DNA from: the human T2T-CHM13v2.0 reference genome, Homo sapiens
Assembly: GCF_009914755.1 (NCBI RefSeq)
Contig: NC_060939.1
Strand: one strand, 5' to 3'
DNA: 64,000 nt
Below the pieces are notes generated by a model. It was given only the letters and a program-made list of their open reading frames with translations. It did no database searches and was not told the origin of the DNA. The position numbers and the translations under genes are program-made. Of this stretch, positions 26,312 to 41,300 are shown one piece after another; position 1 is the first letter of the stretch, and each line of letters begins with the position of its first letter.

Positions 26312-29300
26312 TTCGATGTCTTTCCATAACGATCCATTCCATTCTATTCCTTTCGATTCCATTCCATTCTATTTCATTCCATTCGATTCCCTTCCATTGG
26401 ACTCCTTTCCATTCGAGTGCATTCCATTCCGTTCCATTTCTTTCCGTTCTGTACGATTCCTACCGTTCGATTTCATTTTGTTCCAGTCCATTCCTTTCGC
26501 GTCCATTCCATTCCATTTCACTCCATTCGATTCCATTCCACTCGATTCCACTTCGTTCCATTTCATTGCATTCCATTCTATTCAACTCTATTGCCTTCCA
26601 TTCCATTCCATTCGATTACATTCCATGCGATTCCATTCGAAATCGAATCAATTACATTGCAATCCATTACTATTGAGTCCGTTTTATTCCAGTCCACTGC
26701 ATTCTGGTCCATTCCATTTGATTCCATTCCATTCTATTCCATTCCATACAGTTGCATTCCATTGGATTCCATTCTATATCTATAAATTCAATTCGAGACC
26801 ATTGCTTTTGAGTCCATTCTATATGATTCCATTCCATTCAAGTCCATTACATTTGGTTCAATTCCATTCCATTCCATTCCCTTCCATTCCATTCCAGTTG
26901 ATATCAATCCATTCGATTCCATTCCATTCGAGCACATTCCATTCGAGTCCATTCCATTCGATGCCATTCCATTTGATTCTATTCCATTAGTCTCCATTCA
27001 ATTCCATTAATCTCCATTCCATTCCACTCTACTCCAACTGATTCCATTCCATTCTATTCCTTTCCATTCCATTTCATTCCATTCCATTCCATTTCATTCC
27101 ATTCCATTCCATTCGTGTCCATTCCACTCCAGTCCATTCCACTCGTGTCCATTCCATTCCAGTCCATTCCATTTGTGTCCACTGCATTCCATTCCACTCC
27201 ATTCCATATTATTCCATTACAATCCATTCCATTCTATTACTTTCATTTCCATTCAATTCCATTCCATTTGATTCCATTCCACTCGGTTTCATTCCATTTG
27301 AGTCCACTCCATTCCATTCCATTCCATTCCATTCAGTTCCATTCCATTCTGTTCCATTCCATTCCGTTCCATTGCATTCCATTCCATTCGGTACCATTCC
27401 ATATTGTTCCATTCGATTCCATTCGAATCCATTCCATTCCAGTCCATTCCATTCGATTCCATTCCATTCATTTCAATTCCATTCCATTCCATTCCATTAC
27501 ATTCCACTTGATTCCTCTCCATTCCCTTCCAATGCATTCCGTTCGATTCCATTCCATTGCATTGCATTCCATTCCATTGGATTGCATTCCATTCGATTCC
27601 ATTCCATTCGAATCAATTACATAGCAATCCATTACATTCGAGTCTATTCTATTCCGTTCCATTCGATTTCGTTCCAATCCATTCGATTCCATTCCATTCG
27701 ATTCCATTCCATACTATTGCATTCCATTCGATTACATTATATTCGAATAAGTTCCATTCAAGACCATTTCTTTTGAGTCCATTCTATTTGAGTCCATTCC
27801 CTTTGATTCCATAACATTTGAGTCCATTCAATTCCATTCCTTTCGTTTCCATTCCATTTGATGCCATTCCATTCAATTCTGTTCTACTCGACTCCAATAC
27901 ATTCAATCCCATTCCATCCGATTCCATTACATTCTTTTCATTTCTTATCCATTTCAAGCCATTCCACTCCATTCCATTCCACTCGTTTCCTTTCCATTCG
28001 AGTCCATTCCTCTCCAGTCCATTCCGTTCAATCCATTCCATTCCAGTCCATTCCATTCGAGTCCGTTCCATTCCAGTCCATTCCATTCGAGGCAATTCCA
28101 TTCCATTCGATGTCTTTCCATAACGATCCATTCCATTCTATTCCTTTCGATTCCATTCCATTCTATTTCATTCCATTCGATTCCCTTCCATTGGACTCCT
28201 TTCCATTCGAGTGCATTCCATTCCGTTCCATTTCTTTCCGTTCTGAACGATTCCTACCGTTCGATTTCATTTTGTTACAGTCCATTCCTTTCGCGTCCAT
28301 TCCATTCCATTTCACTCCATTCGATTCCATTCCACTCGATTCCACTTCGTTCCATTTCATTGCATTCCATTCTATTCAACTCTATTGCCTTCCATTCCAT
28401 TCCATTCGATTACATTCCATGCGATTCCATTCGAAATCGAATCAATTACATTGCAATCCATTACTATTGAGTCCGTTTTATTCCAGTCCACTGCATTCTG
28501 GTCCATTCCATTTGATTCCATTCCATTCTATTCCATTCCATACAGTTGCATTCCATTGGATTCCATGCTGTATCTATAAATTCAATTCGAGACCATTGCT
28601 TTTGAATCCATTCTATATGATTCCATTCCATTCAAGTCCATTACATTTGGTTCAATTCCATTCCATTCCATTCCCTTCCATTCCATTCCAATTGATATCA
28701 ATCCATTCGATTCCATTCCATTCGAGCACATTCCATTCGAGTCCATTCCATTCGATGCCATTCCATTTGATTCTATTCCATTAGTCTCCATTCAATTCCA
28801 TTAATCTCCATTCCATTCCATTCTACTCCAACTGATTCCATTCCATTCTATTCCTTTCCATTCCATTTCATTCCATTCCATTCCATTTCATTCCATTCCA
28901 TTCCATTCGTGTCCATTCCACTCCAGTCCATTCCACTCGTGTCCATTCCATTCCAGTCCATTCCATTTGTGTCCACTGCATTCCATTCCACTCCATTCCA
29001 TATTATTCCATTACAATCCATTCCATTCTTTTACTTTCATTTCCATTCAATTCCATTCCATTTGATTCCATTCCACTCGGTTTCATTCCATTTGAGTCCA
29101 CTCCATTCCATTCCATTCCATTCCATTCAGTTCCATTCCATTCTGTTCCATTCCATTCCGTTCCATTCCATTCCATTCCATTCGGTACCATTCCATATTG
29201 TTCCATTCGATTCCATTCGAATCCATTCCATTCCAGTCCATTCCATTCGATTCCATTCCATTCCTTTCAATTCCATTCCATTCCATTCCACTTGATTACA

Positions 29301-32300
29301 CTCCATTCCCTTCCACTGCATTCCATTCGATTCCATTCCATTGCATTGCATTCCATTCCATTGGATTGCATTCCATTCGATTCCATTCCATTCGAATCAA
29401 TTACATAGCAATCCATTACATTCGAGTCTATTTTATTCCGTTCCATTCGATTTCGTTCCAATCCACTCAATTCCAATCCATTCGATTCCATTCCATACTA
29501 TTGTATTCCATTCGATTAAATTATATTTGAATAAGTTCCATTCAAGACCATTTCTTTTGAGTCTATTCTATTTGAGTCCATTCCCTTTGATTCCATAACA
29601 TTTGAGTCCATTCAATTCCATTCCTTTCGTTTCCATTCCATTTGATGCCATTCCATTCAATTCGGTTCTACTCGACTCCAATACATTCAATTCCATTCCA
29701 TCCGATTCCATTACATTCTTTTCATTTCTTATCCATTTCAAGCCATTCCATTCCATTCCATTCCACTCGTTTCCTTTCCATTCGAGTCCGTTCCTCTCCT
29801 GTCCATTCCGTTCAATCTATTACATTCCAGTCCATTCCATTCGAGTCCGTTCCATTCCAGTCCATTCCATTCGAGTCAATTCCATTCCATTCGATGTTTT
29901 TCCATAACGATCCATTCCATTCTATTCCTTTCGATTCCATTCCGTTCTATTTCATTCCATTCGATTCCCTCCCATTGGACTCCTTTCCATTCGAGTGCAT
30001 TCCATTCCATTCCATTTCTTTCCGTTCTGTACGATTACTACCGTTCGATTTCATTTTGTTCCAGTCCATTCCTTTCGCGTCCATTCCATTCCATTTCACT
30101 CCATTCGATTCCATTCCACTCGATTCCATTTCGTTCCATTTCATTGCATTCCATTCTATTCAACTCTATTGCCTTCCATTCCATTCCATTCGATTACATT
30201 CCATGCGATTCCATTCGAAATCGAATCAATTACATTGCAATCCATTACTATAGAGTCCGTGTTATTCCACTCCACTGCATTCTGGTCCATTCCATTTGAT
30301 TCCATTCCATTCTATTCCATTCCATACTGTTGCATTCCATTGGATTCCATTCTATATCTATAAATTCAATTCGAGACCATTGCTTTTGAGTCCATTCTAT
30401 ATGATTCCATTCCATTCAAGTCCACTACATTTGGTTCCATTCCATTCCATTCCCTTCCGTTCCATTCCATTTGATATAAATGCATTCGATTCCATTCCAT
30501 TCGAGCACATTCCATTCGAGTCCATTCCATTTGATTCTATTCCATTAGTCTCCATTCAATTCCATTAATCTCCATTCCATTCCATTCTACTCCAACTGAT
30601 TCCATTCCATTCTATTCCTTTCCATTCCATTTCATTCCATTCCACTCCATTTCATTGCATTCCATTCCATTCGCTTCCATTCCATTCGTGTCCATTCCAC
30701 TCCAGTCCATTCCATTCGTGTCCATTCCATTCCAGTCCATTCCATTTTTGTCCACTGCATTCCATTACACTCCATTCCATATTATTCCATTACACTCCAT
30801 TCCATTCTATTACTTTCATTTCCATTCAATTCCATTCCATTTGATTCCATTCCACTCGGTTTCATTCCATTTGAGTCCATTCCATTCTATTCCATTCCAT
30901 TCCATTCCATTCAGTTCCATTCCATTCTGTTCCATTCCATTCCATTCAATTCCATTCCATTCCATTCCATTCCATTCCATTCGGTCCCATTCGATATTGT
31001 TCCATTCGATTCCATTAATCTCCATTCCATTCCATTCTACTCCAGCTGATTCCATTCCATTCTATTCCTTTCCATTCCATTTCGTTCCATTCCATTCCAT
31101 TCGCTTCCGTTCCATTCGTGTCCATTCCATTCCAGTCCATTCCGTTTGTGTCCACTGCATTCCATTTCACTCCATTCCATATTATTCCATTACACTCCAT
31201 TCCATTCTATTACTTTCATTTCCATTCAATTCCATTCCATTTCATTCCATTCCACTCGGTTTCATTCCATTTGAGTCCATTCCATTCCATTCCATTCCAT
31301 TCCATTCAGTTCCATTCCATTCTGTTCCATTCCATTCCATTCCATTCCATTCCATTCCATTCCATTCGGTACCATTCCATATTGTTCCATTCGATTCCAT
31401 TCGAATCCATTCCATTCCTGTCCATTCTATTCGAATCCATTCCATTCCTTTCAATTCCATTCCATTCCATTCCATTCCACTTCATTCCACTCCATTCCCT
31501 TCCACTGCATTCCATTCGATTCCATTCCATTGCATTGCATTCCATTCCATTGGATTGCATTCCATTCGATTCCATTCCATTCGAATCAATTACATAGCAA
31601 TCCATTACATTCGAGTCTATTCTATTCCGTTCCATTCGATTTCGTTCCAATCCATTCGATTCCTTTCCATTCGATTCCATTCCATACTATTGCATTCCAT
31701 TCGATTAAATTATATTCGAATAAGTTCCATTCAAGACCATTTCTTTTGACTCCATTCTATTTGAGTCCATTCCCTTTGATTACATAACATTTGCGTCCAT
31801 TCAATTCCATTCCTTTCGTTTCCATTCCATTTGATGTCATTCCATTCAATTCTGTTCTACTCGACTCCAATACATTCAATTTCATTCCATCCGATTCCAT
31901 TACATTCTTTTCATTTCTTATCCATTTCAAGCCATTCCATTCCATTCCATTCCATTCCACTCGTTTCCTTTCCATTCGACTCCATTCCTCTCCAGTCCAT
32001 TCCGTTCAATCCATTTCATTCCAGTCCATTCCATTCGAGTCTGTTCCATTCCAGTCCATTCCATTCGAGTCAATTCCATTCCATTCGATGTGTTTCCATA
32101 AAGATCCATTCCATTCTATTCCTTTCGATTCCATTCCATTCTATTTCATTCCATTCGATTCCCTTCCATTGGACTCCTTTCCATTCGAGTGCATTCCTTT
32201 CCGTTCCATTTCTTTCCCTTCTGTACGATTCCTACCGTTCGATTTCATTTTGTTCCAGTCCATTCCTTTCGCGTCCATTCCATTCCATTTCACTCCATTC

Positions 32301-35300
32301 GATTCCATTCCATTCGATTCCATTCCACTCGATTCCACTTCGTTCCATTTCATTGCATTCCATTCTATTCAACTCTATTGCCTTCCATTCCATTCCATTC
32401 GATTACATTCCATGCGATTCCATTCGAGATCGAATCAATTACATTGCAATCCGTTACTATTGAGTCCGTTTTATTCCAGTCCACTGCATTCTGGTCCATT
32501 CCGTTTGATTCCATTCCATTCTATTCCATTCCATACAGTTGCATTCCATTGGATTCCATTCTATATCTATAAATTAATTTTGAGACCATTGCTTTTGAGT
32601 CCATTCTGTATGATTCCATTCCATTCAAGTCCATTACATTTGGTTCCATTCCTTTCCATTCCATTCCCTTCCATTCCATTCCATTTGATATCAATCCATT
32701 CGATTCCATTCCAGTCGACCACATTCCATTCGAGTCCATTCGATTCGATGCCATTCCATTTGATTCTATTCCATTAGTCTCCATTCAATTCCATTAATCT
32801 CCATTCCATTCCATTCTACTCCAACTGATTCCATTCCATTCTATTCCTTTCCATTCCATTTCATTCCATTCCATTCCATTTCATTCCATTCCATTCGGTC
32901 CCATTCCATATTGTTCCATTCGATTCCATTAATCTCCATTCCATTCCATTCTACTCCAACTGATTCCATTCCATTCTATTCCTTTCCATTCCATTTCATT
33001 CCATTCCATTCCATTTCATTCCATTCCATTCCATTCGCTTCCATTCCATTCGTGTCCATTCCATTCCAGTCCATTCCATTTGTGTCCACTGCATTCCATT
33101 CCACTCCATTCCATATTATTCCATTACACTCCATTCCATTCTATTACTTTCATTTCCATTCAATTCCATTCCATTTGATTCCATTCCACTCGATTTCATT
33201 CCATTTGAGTCCATTCCATTCCATTCCATTCCATTCAGTTCCATTCCATTCTGTTCCATTCCATTCCATTCCATTCCATTCCATTCCATTCCATTCCATT
33301 CCATTCGGTACCATTCCATATTGTTCCATTCGATTCCATTTGAATCCATTACATTCCAGTCCATTCCATTCGAGTCCATTCCATTCCTTTCAATTCCATT
33401 CCAATCCATTCCATTCCGCTTGATTCCACTCCATTCCCTTCCACTGCATTCCATTCGATTCCATTCCATTGCATTGCATTCCATTCCATTGGATTGCATT
33501 CCATTCGATTCCATTCCATTCGAATCAATTACATAGCAATCCATTACATTCGAGTCTATTCTATTCCGTTCCATTCGATTTCGTTCCAATCCATTCGATT
33601 CCATTCCATTCGATTCCATTCCATACTATTGCATTCCCTTCGATTAGATTATATTCGAATAAGTTCCATTCAAGACCGTTTCTTTTGAGTCCATTCTATT
33701 TGAGTCCATTCCCTTTGATTCCATAACATTTGAGTCCATTCAATTCCATTCCTTTCGTTTCCATTCCATTTGATGCCATTCTATTCAATTCTGTTCTACT
33801 CGACTCCAATACATTCAATTCCATTCCATCCGATTCCATTACATTCTTTTCATTTCTTATCCATTTCAAGCCATTCCATTCCATTCCATTCCACTCGTTT
33901 CCTTTCCATTCGAGTCCATTCCTCTCCAGTCCATTCCGTTCAATCCATTCCATTCCAGTCCATTCCATTCGAGTCCATTCCATTCCAGTCCATTCCATTC
34001 GAGTCAATTCCATTCCATTTGATGTCTTTCCATAACGATCCTTTCCATTCTATTCCTTTCGATTCCATCCCGTTCTATTTCATTCCATTCGATTCCCTTC
34101 CATTGGACTCCTTTCCATTCGAGTGCATTCCATTCCGTTCCATTTCTTTCCGTTCTGTACGATTCCTAACGTTCGATTTCATTTTGTTCCAGTCCATTCC
34201 TTTCGCGTCCATTCCATTCCATTTCACTCCATTCGATTCCATTCCACTCGATTCCACTTCGTTCCATTTCATTGCATTCCATTCTATTCAACTCTATTGC
34301 CTTCCATTCCATTCCATTCGATTACATTCCATGCGATTCCATTCGAAATCGAATCAATTACATTGCAATCCATTACTATAGAGTCCGTTTTATTCTAGTC
34401 CTCTGCATTCTGGTCCATTCCATTTGATTCCATTCCATTCTATTCCATTCCATGCAGTTGCATTCCATTGGATTCCATTCTATACCTATATATTCAATTC
34501 GAGACCATTGCATTTGAGTCCATTCTATATGATTCCATTCCATTCAAGTCCATTACATTTGGTTCCATTCCATTCCATTCCCTTCCATTCCATTCCATTT
34601 GATATCAATCCATTCCATTCCATTCCATTCGAGCACATTCCATTCGAGTCCATTCCATTCGATGCCATTCCATTTGATTCTATTCCACTAGTCTCCATTC
34701 AATTCCATTAATCTCCATTCCATTCCATTCTACTCCAACTGATTCCATTCCATTCTATTCGTTTCCATTCCATTTCATTCCATTCCATTCCATTTCATTC
34801 CATTCCATTCCATTCGCTTCCATTCCATTCGTGTCCATTCCACTCCAGTCCATTCCATTCGTGTCCATTCCGTTCCAGTCCATTCCATTTGAGTCCACTG
34901 CATTCCATTCCACTCCATTCCATATTATTCCATTACACTCCATTCCAATCTATTACTTTCATTTCCATTCAATTCCATTCCATTTGATTCCATTCCACTC
35001 GGTTTCATTCCATTTGAGTCCATTCCATTCTATTCCATTCCATTCCATTCCATTCAGTTCCATTCCATTCTGTTCCATTCCATTCCATTCAATTCCATTC
35101 CATTCCATTCCATTCCATTCGGTCCCATTCCATATTGTTCCATTCGATTCCATTAATCTCCATTCCATTCCATTCTACTCCAACTGATTCCATTCCATTC
35201 TATTCCTTTCCATTCCATTTCGTTCCATTCCATTCCATTCGCTTCCGTTCCATTCGTGTCCATTCCATTCCAGTCCATTCCGTTTGTGTCCACTGCATTC

Positions 35301-38300
35301 CATTTCACTCCATTCCATATTATTCCATTACACTCCATTCCATTCTATTACTTTCATTTCCATTCAATTCCATTCCATTTCATTCCATTCCACTCGGTTT
35401 CATTCCATTTGAGTCCATTCCATTCCATTCCATTCCATTCCATTCAGTTCCATTCCATTCTGTTCCATTCCATTCCATTCCATTCCATTCCATTCGGTAC
35501 CATTCCATATTGTTCCATTCGATTCCATTCGAATCCATTCCATTCCAGTCCATTCTATTCGAATCCATTCCATTCCTTTCAATTCCATTCCATTCCATTC
35601 CCTTCCATTCCATTCCAGTTGATATCAATCCATTCGATTCCATTCCAGTCGACCACATTCCATTCGAGTCCATTCCATTCGATGCCATTCCATTTGATTC
35701 TATTCCATTAGTCTCCATTCAATTCCATTAATCTCCATTCCATTCCATTCTACTCCAACTGATTCCATTCCATTCTATTCCTTTCCATTCCATTTCATTA
35801 CATTCCATTCCATTTCATTCCATTCCATTCCATTCGCTTCCATTCCATTCGTGTCCATTCCACTCCATTCCATTCCATTCGTGTCCAGTCCATTCTAGTC
35901 TATTCCATTTGTGTCCACTGCATTCCATTCCACTCCATTCCATATTATTCCATTACACTCCATTCCATTCTATTACTTTCATTTCCATTCAATTCCATTC
36001 CATTTGATTCCATTCCACTCGGTTTCATTCCATTTGTGTCCATTCCATTCCATTCCATTCCATTCCATTCCATTCCATTCAGTTCCATTCCATTCTGTTC
36101 CATTCCATTCCATTCCATTCCATTCCATTCCGTACCATTCCATATTGTTCCATTCGATTCCATTCGAATCCATTCCATTCCAGTCCATTCCATTCCATTC
36201 CATTCCACTTGATTCCACTCCATTCCCTTCCACTGCATTCCATTCGATTCCATTCCATTGCATTGCATTCCATTCCATTGGATTGCATTCCATTCGATTC
36301 CATTCCATTCGAATCAATTTCATAGCAATGCATTACATTCAAGTCTATTCTATTCCGTTTCATTCGATTTCGTTCCAATCCATTCAATTCCATTCCATCC
36401 GATTCCATTACATTCTTTTCATTTCTTATCCATTTCAAGCCATTCCATTCCATTCCATTCCACTCGTTTCCTTTCCATTCGAATGCATTCCACTCCAGTC
36501 CATTCCATTCGTGTCCATTCCATTCCAGTCCATTCCATTTTTGTCCACTGCATTCCATTACACTCCATTCCATATTATTCCATTACACTCCATTCCATTC
36601 TATTACTTTCATTTCCATTCAATTCCATTCCATTTGATTCCATTCCACTCGGTTTCATTCCATTTGAGTCCATTCCATACCATTCCATTCCATTCCATTC
36701 CATTCCATTCCCTTCCATTCCATTCTGTTAAATTCCATTCCATTCCATTCCATTCCATTCCATTCCATTCGGTACCATTCCATATTGTTCCATTCGATTC
36801 CATTCGAATCCATTCCATTCCAGTCCATTCCATTCGATTCCATTCCATTCATTTCAATTCCATTCCATTCCATTCCATTACATTCCACTTGATTCCTCTC
36901 CATTCCGTTCCACTGCATTCCGTTCGATTCCATTCCATTGCATTGCATTCCATTCCATTGGATTGCATTCCATTCGATTCCATTCCATTCGAATCAATTA
37001 TATAGCAATCCATTACATTCGAGTCTATTCTATTCCGTTCCATTCGATTTCGTTCCAATCCATTCGATTCCATTCCATTCGATTCCATTCCATACTATTG
37101 CATTCCATTCGATTACATTATATTCGAATAAGTTCCATTCAAGACCATTTCTTTTGAGTCCATTCTATTTGAGTCCATTCTCTTTGATTCCATAACATTT
37201 GAGTCCATTCAATTCCATTCCTTTCGTTTCCATTCCATTTGATGCCATTCCATTCAATTCTGTTCTACTCGACTCCAATACATTCAATTCCATTCCATCC
37301 GATTCCATTACATTCTTTTCATTTCTTATCCATTTCAAGCCATTCCACTCCATTCCATTCCACTCGTTTCCTTTCCATTCGAGTCCATTCCTCTCCAGTC
37401 CATTCCGTTCAATCCATTCCATTCCAGTCCATTCCATTCGAGTCCGTTCCATTCCAGTCCATTCCATTCGAGTCAATTCCATTCCATTCGATGTCTTTCC
37501 ATAACGATCCATTCCATTCTATTCCTTTCGATTCCATTCCGTTCTATTTCATTCCATTCGATTCCCTTCCATTGGACTCCTTTCCATTCGAGTGCATTCA
37601 ATTCCGTTCCATTTCTTTCCGTTCTGTACGATTCCTACCGTTCGATTTCATTTTGTTCCAGTCCATTCCTTTCGCGTCCATTCCATTCCATTTCACTCCA
37701 TTCGATTCCATTCCACTCGATTCCACTTTGTTCCATTTCATTGCATTCCATTCTATTCAACTCTATTGCCTTCCATTCCATTCCATTCGATTACATTCCA
37801 TGCGATTCCATTCGAAATCGAATCAATTACATTGCAATCCATTACTATTGAGTCCGTTTTATTCCAGTCCACTGCATTCTGGTCCATTCCATTTGATTCC
37901 ATTCCATTCTATTCCATTCCATACAGTTGCATTCCATTGGATTCCATTCTATATCTATAAATTCAATTCGAGACCATTGCTTTTGAGTCCATTCTATATG
38001 ATTCCATTCCATTCAAGTCCATTACATTTGGTTCAATTCCATTCCATTCCATTCCCTTCCATTCCATTCCATTTGATATCAATCCATTCGATTCCATTCC
38101 ATTCGAGCACATTCCATTCGAGTCCATTCCATTCGATGCCATTCCATTTGATTCTATTCCATTAGTCTCCATTCAATTCCATTAATCTCCATTCCATTCC
38201 ATTCTACTCCAACTGATTCCATTCCATTCTATTCCTTTCCATTCCATTTCATTCCATTCCATTCCATTTCATACCATTCCATTCCATTCGTGTATATTCC

Positions 38301-41300
38301 ACTCCAGTGCATTCCATTCGTGTCCATTCCATTCCAGTCCATTCCATTTGTGTCCACTTCATTCCATTCCACTCCATTCCATATTATTCCATTACACTCC
38401 ATTCCATTCTATTACTTTCATTTCCATTCAATTCCATTCCATTTGATTCCATTCCACTCGGTTTCATTCCATTTGAGTCCACTCCATTCCATTCCATTCC
38501 ATTCCATTCAGTTCCATTCCATTCTGTTCCATTCCATTCCGTTCCATTGCATTCCATTCCATTCGGTACCATTCCATATTGTTCCATTCGATTCCATTCG
38601 AATCCATTCCATTCCAGTCCATTCCATTCGATTCCATTCCATTCCTTTCAATTCCATTCCATTCCATTCCACTTGATTCCACTCCATTCCCTTCCACTGC
38701 ATTCCATTCGATTCCATTCCATTGTATTGCATTCCATTCCATTGGATTGCATTGCATTCGATTCCATTCCATTCGAATCAATTACCTAGCAATCCATTAC
38801 ATTCGAGTCTATTCTATTCCGTTCCATTCGATTTCGTTCCAATCCATTCGATTCCATTCCATTCGATTCCATTCCATACTATTGCATTCCATTCTATTAA
38901 ATTATATTCGAATAAGTTGCATTCAAGACCATTTCTTTTGAGTCCATTCAATTTGAGTCCATTCCCTTTGATTCCATAACATTTGAGTCCATTCAATTCC
39001 ATTCCTTTCGTTTCCATTCCATTTGATGCCATTCCATTCAATTCTGTTCTACTCGTCTCCAATACATTCAATTCCATTCCATCCGATTCCATTACATTCT
39101 TTTCATTTCTTATCCATTTCAAGTCATTCCATTACATTCCATTCCACTCGTTTCCTTTCCATTCGAGTCCATTCCTCTCCAGTCCATTCCGTTCAATCCA
39201 TTCCATTCTAGTCCATTCCATTCGAGTCCGTTCCATTCCAGTCCATTCCATTCGAGTCAATTCCATTCCATTTGATGTCTTTCCATAACGATCCATTCCA
39301 TTCTATTCCTTTCGATTCCATCCCGTTCTATTTCATTCCATTCGATTCCCTTCCATTGGACTCCTTTCCATTCGAGTGCATTCCATTCCGTTCCATTTCT
39401 TTCCGTTCTGTACGATTCCTACCGTTCGATTTCATTTTGTTCCAGTCCATTCCTTTCGCGTCCATTCCATTCCATTTCACTCCATTCGATTCCATTCCAC
39501 TCGATTCCACTTCGTTCCATTTCATTGCATTCCATTCTGTTCAACTCTATTGCCTTCCATTCCATTCCATTCGATTACATTCCATGCGATTCCATTCGAA
39601 ATCGAATCAATTACATTGCAATCCATTACTATAGAGTCCGTTTTATTCCAGTCCACTGCATTCTGGTCCATTCCATTTGATTCCATTCCATTCTATTCCA
39701 TTCCATACAGTTGCATTCCATTGGATTCCATTCTATATCTATAAATTCAATTCGAGACCATTGCTTTTGAGTCCATTCTATATGATTCCATTCCATTCAA
39801 GTCCATTACATTTGGTTCAATTCCATTCCATTCCATTCCCTTCCATTCCATTCCAGTTGATATCAATCCTTTCGATTCCATTCCATTCGAGCACATTCCA
39901 TTCGAGTCCATTCCATTCGATGCCATTCCATTTGATTCTATTCCATTAGTCTCCATTCAATTCCATTAATCTCCATTCCATTCCATTCTACTCCAACTGA
40001 TTCCATTCAATTCTATTCCTTTCCATTCCATTTCATTCCATTCCATTCCATTTCATTCCATTCCATTCCATTCGCTTCCATTCCATTCGTGTCCATTCCA
40101 CTCCAGTCCATTCCATTCGTGTCCATTCCATTCCAGTCCATTCCATTTGTGTCCACTGCATTCCATTCCACTCCATTCCATATTACTCCATTACACTCCA
40201 TTCCATTCTATTACTTTCATTTCCATTCAATTCCATTCCATTTGATTCCATTCCACTCGGTTTCATTCCATTTGAGTCCACTCCATTCCATTCCATTCCA
40301 TTCCATTCCATTCCATTCAGTTCCATTCCATCCTGTTCCATTCCATTCCATTCCATTGCATTCCATTCCATTCGGTACCATTCCGTATTGTTCCATTCGA
40401 TTCAATTCGAATCTATTCAATTCCAGTCCATTCCATTCGATTCCATTCCATTCCTTTCAAGTCCATTCCATTCCATTCCATTCCATTCCACTTGATTCCA
40501 CTCCATTCCCTTCCACTGCATTGCATTCGATTCCATTCCATTGCATTGCATTCCATTCTATTGGATTGCATTCCATTCGATTCCATTCCATTCGAATCAA
40601 TTACATAGCAATCCATTACATTCGAGTCTATTCTATTCCGTTCCATTCTATTTCGTTCCATTCGATTCCCTTCAATTGGACTCCTTTCCATTCGACTGCA
40701 TTCCATTCCGTTCCATTTCTTTCCGTTCTGTACGATTCCTACCGTTCGATTTCATTTTGTTCCAGTCCAATCCTTTCGCGTCCATTCCATTCCATTTCAC
40801 TCCATTCGATTCCATTCCACTCGATTCCACTTCGTTCCATTTCATTGCATTCCATTCTATCCAACTCTATTGCCTTCCTTTCCATTCCATTCGATTACAT
40901 TCCATGCGATTCCATTCAAAATCTAATCAATTACATTGCAATCCATTACTATAGAGTCCGTTTTATTCCAGTCCACTGCTTTCTGGTCCATTCCATTTGA
41001 TTCCATTCCATTCTATTGCATTCCATACAGTTGCATTCCATTGGATTCCATTCTATATCTATAAATTCAATTCGAGACCATTGCTTTTGAGTCCATTCTA
41101 TATGATTCCATTCCATTCAAGTCCATTACATTTGGTTCAATTCCATTCCATTCCATTCCCTTCCATTCCATTCCATTTGATATCAATCCATTAGATTCCA
41201 TTCCATTCGAGCACATTCCATTCGAGTCCATTCCATTCGATGCCATTCCATTTGATTCTATTCCATTAGTCTCCATTCAATTCCATTAATCTCCATTCCA